Shown here piece after piece: positions 22,768-36,111 of a stretch of DNA of 64,000 nt. The stretch is from Takakia lepidozioides (lineage: Eukaryota; Plantae; Bryophyta). Every line of letters starts with the position of its first letter. The stretch's first letter is position 1. The notes beneath the pieces are model-generated. The model was not told the DNA's origin. It did no database searches and saw only the letters and a program-made list of their open reading frames with translations. The translations under genes and the position numbers were made by a program. The DNA lies in assembly GCA_030704615.1 (NCBI GenBank), contig CM060732.1, forward strand, positions 61,380,001-61,444,000, read 5' to 3'.

Positions 22768-23742
22768 CCCCGCCCCGCCCCGCCCTCCACTGTGTCTCTC
22801 TCCACGCACATGCGCTCCTCCCCTTCCCTTCCCTGTGTGGCACGCAACCCAACTCCCGCACCGTCTCTTGTCTCTTCCCTTTCCTTTCACTTCCCTTTTC
22901 TCTCACTTCTCTTCCATTCCCAAGTAGGGAGAGACCACCAAAAATGAGTAAGATCCTGATATACCTCCACTAGATAATACCTACATGAAGCACATAATCC
23001 TCCCCAACTTAAATGTTAGCTTGAATGTACCTGATTGGATAAGACCCATAAGTGAATCTTACACATGTAAAATATGAATGGATGGATGAATGAATGTTTA
23101 GGATGAATTACGATGGATGAGTGAATGAATGTGCTCGAGTTTAGGGTTGTGTTGCAGTGGCTGGGACTCAGTGTTTTTTGGGGTCTGCGTCTTCTTAGTG
23201 CCAAAGCACGGTAGATGGTCTTGTTGATCTGCAAGATATGCATAGCTTGGGTGGACAACCGCAATCGCATGGTGTGGCTTTTCCTTAGTACGATGTGAAG
23301 AAGTTTGTCCATCCTGTAAAGGTGGGCTCTTGGCTCCTGTTAGTACCATGATTTGGCATTCTTCCTTATGTTTGCAAGGTTCTTGGGAGAGTTGGCTTGG
23401 TCTAGCAGGCCGTGTTTCAATCTCGTCCCGCTCAGCTGCACCGTGGTGGTTCTCACAGACCAATCCGACATTACCTGACTACAGACACGAGCAGCACACA
23501 CAAGAGGTGGGTAGTCAAATCCTCGATGCGTCATGACACAAGGTCAAGGACAATGTGGTGAGGGCACCCTCGTCTTCGACCTATTTCAGCCTGTATGCCC
23601 TCTCATCAGACTCAGCCCTAAATTTGCAGCACGGAGCAGAGCTGGCATGAGTTTTTTAACGATCCTTCACGATGGTGGGACAACCGCAATTGCAGGTGAG
23701 GCTTTTCCTTAATGTACGATTGGGGCGTTTTCTAGAACACGG

Positions 23743-24582
23743 TTGGGGTGTTTGCTAGAACAAATGTATGCTGTCATTGTCAGTTACTAGCAGCAAGGCA
23801 AGGATGTATGCATGATTTTGTGCAGAGCATGGATAGCTTAAGGAGCAGGGGTAGAGTTTGGGTCCAGATTCATCCAAGAGGGCCGGATTTCAAGCTCAAT
23901 ATTACCTATGATACCCTGTGGATCCATTGCTGCAAAAAACCTGCATGGGTAGATGGTCAACTGGAAGCCGCAGCAGCAGCGGCACAATTGATAAAATCAG
24001 GCACTGCTAATGAAGGTACCTTCTTCAACACATTTCACCCTGATATTCCCTCTTATCAGAATCGGCCCTAAAATTCCATGTTGAGTTCTGCAAGTTAGCT
24101 GGTTGAGTGAATCTTTGATAGTTTGGAGTGACTTTGACATGATACTGCCAACGTGAAAACAGGAAAGTATCCAAAAACACGTAACAGAGATGAGGAGTAG
24201 CTGTGGAATGATAATTTTCTGATCCCAGTCAATGGTGTGACAACCAAGGCAAAAAGATGAATGCCTGTTAGATTACAGAGAGTAGCAGGCGCAATTCAGC
24301 ATAGGAAGTATGATAAGCTGAGTTGGGTGTTTCCTAAAACAAATATAGGCTGTCATTATCAGCTGCAAGGCAAGGATGATGTATGCATGATTTGTGCAGA
24401 GGCAGTGATAGCTGAAGGGGCAGGGATAGAGTGTCGGTCCAGATTCATCCAAGAGGGCCAGATTTCAAGCACAAGATTACCTATGATTCCCTGTGGATCA
24501 ATAGCTACAAGAAACCTGCATGGGTAGATGGTCAACTAAAGGCAGGTGCTGCAGCGGCGCCACAGTTGATAAAATTAGGCAC
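23743..24582. repeat. Diverged direct duplication (~260 bp; 23743-24006 vs 24322-24582)
   Basis: Shared text such as GTCCAGATTCATCCAAGAGGGCC.GATTTCAAGC and AAACCTGCATGGGTAGATGGTCAACT. A shorter repeat (GGACAACCGCAAT...GGCTTTTCCTTA) occurs at ~23253 and ~23678. Confidence 0.85.
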
Positions 24583-24796
24583 CTTAACCATGACCACAGC
24601 TTCTGAAAGAGGATCAAGAGAGGGAGTCCACAATGCCTCTTCTGGCACTTCTGGGCATGTGAATATGCTTTGTGAGGCAGGCAGACTGAAAGAGGCTCTA
24701 CAGACTTCAAACCAAGGAGGCATTTCAGCAGATTCAGATACATATGTCTGTCTGTTGCTTAAGTGCATGTCCAATGACACCCTAATGACGTTCTAG
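24431..24796 (+). pseudogene. Truncated N-terminal fragment of a PLS-type PPR gene
   Basis: VNMLCEAGRLKEALQTSNQGGISADSDTYVCLLLKC resembles the pre-repeat and first L motif of PLS PPR proteins. It is followed directly by stop codons. Confidence 0.6.
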
Positions 24797-25241
24797 GGTC
24801 TTACTGCTTAGAGGGAGAGATTATAAATGTAAAGTTTCTTTCAAAGGAACTGCAGAAAGGGCCCTGCCATTTGCAATGGATATTGGACGCCTTTGCGCTG
24901 TGCATGTGTGGATTATGACGTCCGAGTGAATCATGTGCCAAATGGTGAAGGGTAAAGGAATACTTTTGTCTATTATTTTCTTCCATTTGGAACCTGGCAA
25001 TTGCTGGGGTTCATCAGCACAGCTCCTGGGACGCCATGCCTATCTGCATTGGCAGTAACCTTGGATTTGTGGTAATCATAATATATAAGCTGTTGTGCTG
25101 GTCTGGACCACTGTACTCTGCCACTTCAAACCAGTGGAAGGTGACTCCAACCTGGGCTTTTGGTTGATTGACTATACACAAATGAGTCTCACATGTTTAT
25201 AGTTTTCATCAGGGTCAAACTGAAGAATTGTCTGTTTGCAG

Positions 25242-25789
25242 AGCATGGTGAGGGGTTGCAGGTTTTGCATTATGAAGAAGGTCAACAATATGAGGCACGT
25301 TATAATTACTTTCATGATACGTTCAATACCAAGAATGGTGGGCAGCGTATTGCTACTGTACTTATGTACTTGTAGGTGATCTCTTTCTCAAACTTTAAAA
25401 GCTCTGGTATTTAAGTATCCATTACTGCAGCAAACCCCATGTTCTTTATAACCTTTATTTGGAGGATCAGGCGTGATTTAGAGTTTAGTAGCGTGTCAAT
25501 TTTCAGTCGTACACTACTTGGGCACTTGACATGCCATGAGGATGGCCCTGCAGAAAGCCTTGGACTGCAAAAGTAGTCAGATCCTGTCTGTTTTGAGATG
25601 CACATTGGCTAGGTTCAGGCAACATGCAGTCCGGGGAGATTATGCTGAGTTGCTGAGTGTCCATGGAGCAAGACAGATGTAGAGGAGGGTGGCGAGACGG
25701 TGTTTCCAGCATCACAAGTGAATGGCACTCTGGTGCTGGGTTGGGACAAGCTGTCAGAGTGTGGCAAGTCAGGCCTCTCAGTGCGGCCA
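25242..25789 (+). pseudogene. Prolyl 4-hydroxylase gene fragment (two internal exons)
   Basis: 25242-25371 encodes EHGEGLQVLHYEEGQQYEARYNYFHDTFNTKNGGQRIATVLMYL (AG/GT bounded). ~25673-25789 encodes TDVEEGGETVFPASQVNGTLVLGWDKLSECGKSGLSVRP. The iron-binding HxD reads RYN, and the flanking exons are absent. Confidence 0.85.
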
Positions 25790-25979
25790 CACATGTTCCT
25801 ATTCTTCCTTTCTTTCTCTTGGTTTAATTTCATTTCATTTCCCTTTGTTTAATGAAGTTGTTTTTTTTTTCCTTACTATTCCTGGTAAGCCACATGTGAT
25901 GATGAAGATTTTGGTGTCGCGAGTGCCCTTCTTCCGTCTATTGCCGTGCATGTGAAGTGCAATATTTTAGTACATCAAA

Positions 25980-26145
25980 ATTTCAGTATTTCAGTATTTC
26001 TATCAAGTTTTTCAGCAAGTATTTCAGTATTTCAGCGAGTATTTCAGTAAGTATTTCAGCGAGTTTTTCAGCCAGCATTTTAATATCTCAGTTAGTTCTT
26101 CCACAAGTATTTCAACATTTTAGTTAGTATTTCAACAAGCATTTT
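25980..26145. repeat. Degenerate minisatellite built on (AG)TATTTCAG
   Basis: More than 10 imperfect TATTTCAG/TTTTCAG units. Confidence 0.8.
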
Positions 26146-26483
26146 TAATATATTAATAATTAGAAATCCGGAGATCAGTTTTGTAATATCATACATCACT
26201 ATTTACTTTATACATCAAGAAGTTCTACCAGGGCCTCTATCCCCAGCTTTATGAAGAAATAAATAAATATTTTCTCTTAATCAAAACATGATTAAAATGT
26301 AATTTAAATATGTGATTATTTCATTTTAATATAACATTTTAAGGAAATTTTGTACTTAAAGAGTTTTAGGGTGGAGCCATTATGCGACTAGCCGCTTGTT
26401 GTATGTGAGGGGGACTTGAGGCATGTGGTCCTAGGTCGGAATAATAATTCTGCCCAGACATATGCATCTTGTGCTTGACTCTA

Positions 26484-29400
26484 CAGTCGACCTTGCATAA
26501 TTGTTATGCCCATAGAGCACGTTAAGGTCTGGGATGGCATTTTCTGCCCCAAACGTCGAGGATTCCCAGGCTGAAAATCAGGCCGTGGGCCCTGCCACTC
26601 ACATGGTCACCATTCTGCATGCAGAATGGCTTCCGAATCACAAACTCGCCATTTTGCATACAGAATGGCTTCCAGAAAAGAGAACAGCAGAAAATGCCAC
26701 CCCAGACCTTAACGTACTATGGAATGGGCCGCAACATGCCATTGTGGCGGGTAAGGTGGTGGCGAGCTGCCGCCGAAACCGCCATAATGGCATGTTGCGG
26801 CCCATTCCATAACGTAAAGGATTGCGTATGCCAACCTCTCATTGCCTCGTAAGTCCTAATCAAACACATTATGTTTCATAATGTGCTAGTGCAAATGGCA
26901 TAATATGCTAGTGGCATTAGGCATAGAATTCTGCTTTTTAACCCCCTCCAAATACGCCATACTAGGCAGGCAAAATCCTTTACGCCATTGAAGGTGCCCG
27001 GTAGCATCATTCTGCTCGGTTTGCTGCCCGTCCTTGAATTCTGGCTTGGGCTCGCCAGAATCCTCGAACAGGCAGCTTACCGAGGAGAATGGTGATGCCC
27101 GGCGCCTTCTACAGTACAAATAGTATAACATTTAGTAGATACATAAGATAACAGAAATAAAGGTCAAAATCCAAAATATAACATTTGAGAAAAAAACAAT
27201 AGAGCAGGTCAAAACCATCCAAAATAACACTTGGAAAGGTTTAGGGTATTTCTTCAATCAAACAGAATATAATATTCATTCATTAGAGGGTTGGAAATAC
27301 GAAGCAATGTCCATTTGCCGACGGTTTGACTGCCTAGCACGACAAACCTCTTGCTCTATGGAGAGAGAGTTTGAGAGCGAAGTACTAGTATCAAAAGGTT
27401 GTTGTGCAAGGTATAAAAGCACGGTTTCTAAAACTGCTTTCATCTCAGAAAACGAAACCAAAACCGAAATCAACGGTACATCTGAAACGACTAAGTCTTC
27501 TTCTTCATCCATCCTCTTGAATTTCTTCACTGGGGATGACCATATCCCAAATCTCCTCATTAGTTGGTTCAAATGGCTCATTCAAATCAAATTGAGCTTC
27601 AAACTAGAAATATTTTCGAGCATTCATTATAGGGCAATTTCTACTATGATTGAGCGATACCTCCGCAAAACGTTTTAACAATCTGTCAACCTCTACAATA
27701 ACAATTTTCAGGAGTCTCTTTGATTCTCGCCCTCATTTTCATCTAAATTGGCAAACAAAAGAAACCACAGTGCCAACAATATCAAAGTCCACCAAAATAT
27801 GCCATGTTTTTTCAAGCATAACCATAGCTTGGTACACATCAAGAGGAGGATCTCTATTATCGATGAAAGCATCAATCTGATGATCAATGAAAAGCCTCAT
27901 GTAATGAGCCTTGAAACACTTGATGATTCCATCGTCCATTGGTTGTCACGTACCGGTGGTATTAGGAGGCAACATGACGAATGACAACATTCATTATGTT
28001 GGACAATATGATCGATGCGTAATTGCTCACCAATATTCACCATCTTATACCCAGTGAAGTTGTCCAACAAGTGCAGAACTTTTTCTTTGCCAACCAATCG
28101 CATCCTTCTTTCAAAGTCGAGTAAAAATTTCTCAAATAAAGGAATGGTCATCCATGTTTTTTTGTTAGGATATCTAAATTTTTCGGACATGTAAATGCAT
28201 GAGGCTTATCTGACTTGTTGATGCCAAATGGAGGTAGTTTAATACTCACGTCTGCATAATTTGATGTCAAAGAAACAGTAATGCATTCTTGGAATTGTTT
28301 CTTTCCACTCAAACGTTTAGTCGCCAGAGTTGTTGGGTTCAAGTTTTTAGAAAAGTTTGGTTTCATCCATGTTAAACACATCAGTTGGAGAGTATTGAAA
28401 AACATGTTCACGTATCGCACTCATCTGTGCCTCTGCCTCGCTTGACTCGTTAGCTGAAGCAGCCTCTCCATGTCGTGTGTAACCTCGAATGCCAAACCGC
28501 TTCTTGAAGCCATGTACTCATCCATGTGAGAACAGCAAACCTTGCTCACCTTCGTTTGGAGGCTCTTTTGTCCTAAAAGCGTTTGGCAGCCTCATACATC
28601 CATGCATCAGTGAGGGTTGCACCTCTTTCCTGCATAAGAGAAAACCAAGAGAAAGTAGTTTCTTCAACTCTTGGAAATAAAGCTTTCCTTCTTCTCTTAG
28701 ATCTCTTAGAGTGAGATTTTGTAAGATTAATGTACTCATCTTTCCGCTTTAAAAACCTACTAATAGCCATTTTAGATACTCGACATTGAAAGTTCTGTGA
28801 TGCCCATCCAGCCAAAGCCTTGTTGCTTATGACTTCGTTTCCGGCAAATTGTTCTTCATGGTATAACAAGATAATCCTACGTTGCTCATTATTCAATTGC
28901 AGCTTGGGCGCCATTCTCATATACCAGAGCAAATCTAATTGAAAGAGGTTACATGAGCATGTGATCATGTTAACTCTCATTATACTTGATACCACAGCAA
29001 AAATCGAGACCAATGTGAGACTTCAAATTAAGCAAACACATACAATCGGTAGGATCCTCCAGCCATCTCAGGGCTACACACTTCAGACAAGTACAACCGT
29101 AGCATGAGTGGTTCCTCTCATCTACAGATCGTAGGTAGCATCTGAAGAGCGCCTGACTCGTCATCGCAGAGAGACTTGTTGAAGACCACATGCTTATAAC
29201 TACATGATATCAACTTTCAGTGCTGATCTATTTTTTAGAATTATGTATGGACGTGGTGCCTTTGGATAAAAACCGTAGATCATTGAGTGGATGAATGTTT
29301 TATCAAACCAACTATATTAAGGCTCGACATAAAATGTAACAACTATGGGGGTGTGCTAACAAAGAGGAGAGTCATATTTTCATAACACATATCAAACAAC

Positions 29401-29506
29401 GCTCTTACGTGATTTTCAAGTGTAAGTTTTTACAGAGCAAAGATTTCACAGAATTAAGGGTGACATAACATAAAAAAAACATGTATCACTTATCCAGGGT
29501 TGACTG
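26484..29506 (-). mobile_element. Decayed pogo/Tigger-family DNA transposon (~3.0 kb)
   Basis: TA|CAGTCGACCTTGCATAATTG ... CACTTATCCAGGGTTGACTG|TA: 20-bp TIR with 16/20 identity and TA target duplication. Frameshifted transposase at ~28920-27276 with a CENP-B-like HTH (FPRVEETTFSWF...LTDAWMYEAAKRF) and DDE_1 motifs (MDETKLF, NKKTWMT..LF, LLDNFTGY, LPPNTT...QPMDDGIIKCFKAHY). Confidence 0.92.
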
Positions 29507-30472
29507 TAATAAGTTCACATGAATCTTTCCATGGGAAGGTTTTGTTAATCTGCGGCAGCTTGTTTATTGTTTTGTCCACCATAGCCGTGCGGGGGGAGAC
29601 AGGCGGGTAGCCCGAATATGGGTAGTTTGTTAGCAACGGTTTGTTTTCTTTGCGCCACTGATAGGGGCGGTTTGTTAGCAGCCAAGTGCGGCCGCCGCCC
29701 AGTTTGCTGCCAGCCTTGCTAGCTTAACCAACACGATAGCTGTCTGCTAGCTAACCGACAGGTGCGGCTGAGGCCTTAGGACGGTATTGATTTTTTGGCG
29801 GGTGAACGGAATCCGGGGAAATAGGCTTGCTAACCATCGTTATCTTTTTGCGCCCCTTCATTCCCTTGCTCAGTAAATTGTATCAAGGATAGGACAAACG
29901 TAACTCCGATGCAATAAATAGGTACTAGTGTGAATTTCTAGACTGCTTTATTGCACATGTACCTATATTTTGTTTTTACATTCTTGAGATAATACTTGGA
30001 TTTTAAGCATTTGATTTATTATGCTCGAGATATATTTTGAAATCTATTCAAGTTTAATTTCTTGTAGTTAAAATCTAACTGGTTAATAATGGTTATGATG
30101 CTGATCCATCTGAAATCAAGTTCCAAAATTACCAATTAGCCAACCCTAATCCTGCCTAAACTTGTATTTACCCAACAAGTATATTTGGAATATAGCCAAG
30201 ACCCGTGAAATAACCTTATCCTCATGTTACATTTTGATAATAACCAGTTATATCCTGACCAACCTGGTGTGTTCTACAAATTTGCAATACCCGGAACCTT
30301 GAACAACCAACCCCTACTTTCTATTTGACAATAATAGAAAGTTTACCTGACCCTGCAGGTAATTTTCTATGAAAAATCAGGTAACCTTCATTAGGGTAAG
30401 AAAAATTTAAATACCCGTTCAACACAGTTTGGTATCATATAGGGTCTGGCAGGCTATCAACCATGCTATCAA

Positions 30473-31255
30473 CCCTTAAAGGACGAGCTATTTTTTGGTG
30501 GGCCCACTAAAAAAGGGGCATACCCTTATGGACGAGGGTGTAACTTCTTACCCCCAATCATCCATGGGGATGAACCTTATACTTATGTGCATATCTACTA
30601 GATCTATGTCCTGTCAAAAATATAGGCAAATTGACCGTTGCATTCAGGAGATTATAACAAACTAATATGCCCCAATTTGTAAATATATTCAAAAATTGCA
30701 TGGAAAAAATTGTTTGACCACAAAATTGAAGTATCGAGTTGAATCTTTCTAGACAAAGGCCCTCCATAATCTGATTATATGGCACCTAAACTACTGCCTC
30801 CCCAAAAAATCAGATAGGCTGCTTTGTATGTGAAATCTGGGGGGTAAATTATCTTCTTTTGGCTTCTTTCCCAAGTACACATGTGAGGTGACATTTGTTT
30901 TCCAATTCCTCTGGTAAGTAAGTGCACAGTAACATTTCATGGTGCCTTGTCCAAATTTTTTGGCAATATGATATATTTTCAGCCGTAGATGTTATCTTGA
31001 AGATTGCCCATTTGGCTGCCACGTAGGCAGGTCAACGGTGCTCTAACAGTGGATTTCCTGAAACCCTGGCCTTTTGCAAAATTCTAGGGAGCAAAGCTTT
31101 TATGATTTTTTGGTGGTGCAAATTCCCACATGTGCTCCTCTCTGCCATCTACAATTCATCTTAAAGGTTCACTTCCATCCACTATCCTCCATGGGAACTG
31201 GAGCCTGGCAAGTAATCTGGCGCAACCCGATTCGGGTCGCGTCGTCCTTTAGAAG
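30473..31255. mobile_element. Older, diverged copy of the piggyBac-like non-autonomous element, inverted relative to 33269-33965
   Basis: TCAA|CCCTTAAAGGACG ... CGTCCTTTAGAAG. The first ~150 bp align with the reverse complement of 33800-33965. Confidence 0.7.
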
Positions 31256-32335
31256 AACCGACCTGCTATGAGCACTTTCAAAACTAGGTCAATCCCCTAC
31301 CTAGGCTGGTATTGGCAAAGGCCATACCTAGGGCCAAGAAAAAAACCCATGCACATGCACAAGGTATCACTTTAGGCATTTTTTACTTTGACTATTGAGA
31401 GTTTAGGCTTCCTGTAGCCACATAAAAATACATAGACTGTTTGATGTAATGGCTGATGAGAGGAATGTTGGGTAGCGTGTGAGCATGCTCACCATTGGAG
31501 CTATGACATGAGCAGAAAGGAATATTCTGTATAGAATAAATAAAAAATGTGCAACGTGAGAAATGTTGTGAAACTATTTCCAATCTAGCAATATAACCCT
31601 ATTACCGCGGATTAGCCTTGGACACTTCTCACAACTCTGCTCATTCCAACCAACCCCAGGTTGCAGGTTTAAGTATCTTAATGCTTTTCGTTCAGGAAAA
31701 TTATTTAGGAATTCCAGTGACGACACTGTAAGGTCGGAGCTGGTTTAGAGTAGACGACGATAGGGTCCCGATAGTTTTTTTTCAGCCAACATGACAATTC
31801 CAGAAAAATACAAGACAGTTTCGGGATTCTAAACTAAAATTAAATTTTTATTTCAAAATAAAACGGTTAAAAGGGTCGAAAAGTTTTTTTGATTTCGGGT
31901 TTCTTCTTCTTCTGTTATCGGGTTTCTATGTTGTCTTTCTTGCTTTCACAATCAGCACGGATGATCATAGGGTCCAGTAGTAGTCATAGTTTCACAATTG
32001 TGAGAAAAGAAAGGGGCTTGGATGAAAGAAGGGGCTACACAGATGTCTGGCCATGTCGTATACTTTCTGTTTGTGAATAAGAACAGGGTGGGTGTTGACC
32101 CACATGCATTGTCGGAAAATGTGACCCTAGAATTGCAAGACGAACTTGTTTGTTGAACTTAAAAAATATATATTGTAAGTGCCTATGCAACCGATTTTGC
32201 ATTTGGAAACATCCCTCAACACTCGCCATATATCACATTAAAAGCAGATCCCACATTAAGGACTGTATACCAAATTTGACAATAGACACGACAGCCTATT
32301 TGACAGTTTGACAGTTTGACATCTAATCACTAGTA

Positions 32336-32653
32336 CCGTACTTACCTAGCTTATTAGGCACTTCCCCGCCTAATAATTAATAAAAATGGAATATTATTAG
32401 GCAGATTCGTTTTTATTATTTAGGCACCTCACCTAGGTAATTTTCAAACATTAGGCATGTATTACAGTCGACCCTATTGTTGAGATAATTTTCTTTTAAG
32501 AAAAACATAATGGTTTCGAAAATAGAATTTGAGCAATTAGGCACTTCTCAAGAATTTTTTCCAAGTTTTAGGCACATTTTCTAAAACAATTCTAAATTTA
32601 ATTAGGCACTTGATTTTGAATTAATTATTGCCTAATAAGCTAGGTAAGTATGG
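32336..32653. mobile_element. MITE with TA target duplication (Tc1/mariner/pogo type)
   Basis: TA|CCGTACTTACCTAGCTTATTAGGCA ... TGCCTAATAAGCTAGGTAAGTATGG|TA (TIR 24/25 identical). Many internal TTAGGCA motifs. Confidence 0.9.
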
Positions 32654-32736
32654 TAGTTTGAATACGGAGCCCTAGTTGAATGTATTCCTACAATAAATTA
32701 ACAATACACCAATGTTTATATGTCAAAATGTTTTTG

Positions 32737-32738
<2 letters not shown>

Positions 32739-32776
<38 letters not shown>
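32739..32776. repeat. (AT)n microsatellite
   Basis: About 19 AT units. Confidence 0.95.
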
Positions 32777-32779
<3 letters not shown>

Positions 32780-33268
32780 CGATACTAGATATTGTTTACT
32801 GATGAAGCCAGGCTATGCGACTGAATTGAATATATTTATGAAGTTTGGAAAATTCTCTTACTAAATAGATTGTTTTGGCGAAACCCAAGTGATTTTGTTA
32901 ACAAAACTTGTTATTTCTAATCTATTAAGAGTTTTTGTGTGCTTATTTCTTTCCTTTAAAAAAAATAACATAGCCCTGGACCAATCAAGATTTGTTTTTT
33001 AAATTTTTAATCAAAATTATTTATGCACCTTTTCATGGAAATAGTAGAAAAAATGAAAAAAATAAATAACTGAGCCTATTTACACCTAAAGACCTATTGT
33101 CATGGGGGTACACTCTCTTACCTACTTGTGCTCACCGTAAGTCTGCTTCGATAAGCGTGCTCACACAATAGAGGCCGAAGGGACAGATCTGACTACAACC
33201 CTGTCTCCAGCTAAATCTCAGTTGGTTTGACTGATTTCTCAGTTTTAACTTTGCATATACCTACTTAA

Positions 33269-33965
33269 CCCCTAATGGACGGCGCGACCCGTGTCGCGTT
33301 AGAAATCATCCACTATGGCAAATCGTTGGATGACCTCAGATGAAAAAACTTTTTGAACGAAAGTTGTGCGCCTTGATGTCATGCATTTGCCTGTCTTTTT
33401 GGCTCCCTAAAATCATAAAATCTCTGCCTGAATTTTTGTTAGAATTCTGAATTTCTTTTTGGAGGTAGTAGTTCATCATTCAAGGAACACTTTTACCGCA
33501 ACAATTGTGATTCCAAGGAAATTTCGACCCTTAATGAATTACATGTCATTTGGCTTCATGGTGTGTTTTGACCCCCCTGTTTTTCCATACAAAGCAACCT
33601 TATCAAGATTTTGGAATTCTGCTTTGAAATTTTGGGGCAACATGCTTTAGGTGCCATTTAATTGGAATCTGGATGGGGTCTTGTGAGGAAGAAAAAAATT
33701 TGTCGATCCAATTTCCTGGTCAAACCATTTTTCCACTCTAAATTTGGAGTGTACCCAAAATTTTGGGCCTGCAAATTTCTTATAATCTTCCAAAAGACAC
33801 GATGAAATGAGCTGAATTTTTCACAGAAGCTGGATGAAGTAGGTAGCCTCCCATTCATATGGTTCATCCCTGTGGATGTCAGTTTCCTGAGAGATATACC
33901 CTCATCCCTGAGGGTATATCCTGCTTTGGAGGGGGCCCACCCAAAACTGCCTCGTCCATTAGGGG
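33269..33965. mobile_element. piggyBac-like non-autonomous element (697 bp)
   Basis: TTAA|CCCCTAATGGACG ... CGTCCATTAGGGG|TTAA: perfect 13-bp TIR starting CCC, with TTAA on both sides. Confidence 0.85.
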
Positions 33966-36111
33966 TTAACCAATGCATGCACCCCCTTACACATGGCCTC
34001 TGCGCGCTTAACCCGACATAATCAGACAATCAGGCCGACACAGCCATTTGGCATCTACGCAAATTCCATGTACAACACACCAACACTCATCACTAATTCT
34101 CTCTTATCAATGCAAGGGGGGTTGGTAGAACGTGAGCACACCTGCGCGTAGCTCACATGACTGCAGAAAAATGGAGGCATGAGCCCCAAAAACGGCAATA
34201 GGGTACACATGTTTCCACGGAAATAGAATATGAAAGGGTTCCTACACGCTTTCTTGTTCTACATCTATCTACAAGTTCCAGCTTCCATACATTTTAAAAT
34301 TTGGTACTTTACAAAGAGTAACACAATAGTGAAAACAAAGTCACAAATACCAACACCATCCAAAACACAAAAAAATCAAACAATTAATTCAACGATCTAA
34401 TATAACAAGACATGCCGCTCGTTATGTTAGCGAAATAAATCAAGAATCTAGGTTTTCCAAGATTGTATTGAAGAAAATTAGATAGCATCATTGTTGACGG
34501 GATGTAACTTGACGTCAAGTTGATATATTTCACTAACAAAACTTTACGCAATCGTTGCGGTATGTCATTATCCAATAGGTTCATGGGTGAAACAAAATGA
34601 CATGTGACTACTTTAGCATATTATGGACTCCTACCACAACATCACATGATAAAAAATGCAACAATTAATCACGGGACAATGGTTAAAGAATTGGCCCTAA
34701 AAAAAAATTCCCAAAGAATCACCTGAGCGGCTTGTGCTCATGTGAGCAAACATTTCGAAAAAATTCGCATTTCGTTTGGCGTGAGCACATTTTAGTTTCG
34801 CCTAAATATCATTTAAAAAAAATTCTTGGAACACTTGGTATATTCTGCTCATGTGAGCAGGCTCTTTGAGACATGAGCCCCCACATGCTACCCAAAACTC
34901 CAGGCAAGCAACTTCAAATGCCAACCACCTGGCCTTGGATTCTCCCTTGCCAATGTCGGGTATCTATGTGCCAAATATCTTGCACATGAAAGGACTACGT
35001 CCGCTGCCACTCACCACTACACTCCACTATATTGTGTTCCTTGGTCCAACACTTGACTCTAAAAATGCCTAAAAATGAGAAATACACCACCAGGCCCGAT
35101 CCTCACTCTCAGACGACGAGGTTGACAGTCACCCCCTCATTGTAATCACGGCGGGCGTCCGAGGTGGCATCCACGCCCGGCATTATTGAACATACAATCT
35201 ACAACTCCCTCAAAATGCACCCCTCACTCTTCAAACAACTCCACTGCACCACCATCATCACCAACAAAAGAAAACTGAAAATCCGCCAACCAGCTATAAG
35301 AAGTGGCTCTTGGTTACACTGGCCACAGACGGATGCTTCTCCCTCTGAAAAACATTCATTACACAATACTTATGCATATGTAATGCAAACTTAAGGCCTT
35401 TGCAACATAATAGTTTTTTCTTTGGGAAAGCAAATATGCTAAGGTATAGTGTTTTGGCTGCCACTTCTACATTATTATTATTGTTTATACGTTTATACTT
35501 CGGTTGGTAACAGGCTCATATTTGGAATACCAGTCCGGTGGATAGCTGTCCACAAATAAAAATCATGCTTCAATAGGAGCAGCAGAAATTAAAATTCTAT
35601 TGAAAGTAAAACAAACCCAGATGCAATGCATGCCTTTGCCAGCAATCTCATATGGTGGCCTCATCATCACGATGGACCTTCACAACTCAATCTTGTAACA
35701 AGGACATCAAGTGAGTTACCAAGTTATGCACGAAACAGTTATCATTAAAACACAGAGAGCTTGACCTATCCCTACTCCGTGAGTCCTATGATGCATATCA
35801 TGGTTGTGAAGATCATGCATCCCCTAACAGCCAGGATTGTTAGAACTACAACGTTATCTATCTCACAATGCACTCTGTAAAGAAGTGCTATCATTGACAA
35901 TCAAACTTCTTGACTGATGTGGCCAGCTAAAACCAAATAAACCTTATTTGTAAAGAACCATTGAAAGGCACCCACAAAGAAAACATGATATTAGGTCGCA
36001 AGAGCGACTACAAGTCTGAGACGACATGCGGCACCCTACTTGCAGGCTATTTTCCGACCGGCAGCAGATATACTGTCGACAAATGAAATGTCTTTTGCTT
36101 GTTTTAAGAAA

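Noticed and set aside
25980-26145. CRISPR-like array
   Set aside because: Short degenerate units with no unique spacers, in eukaryotic DNA with no cas genes.
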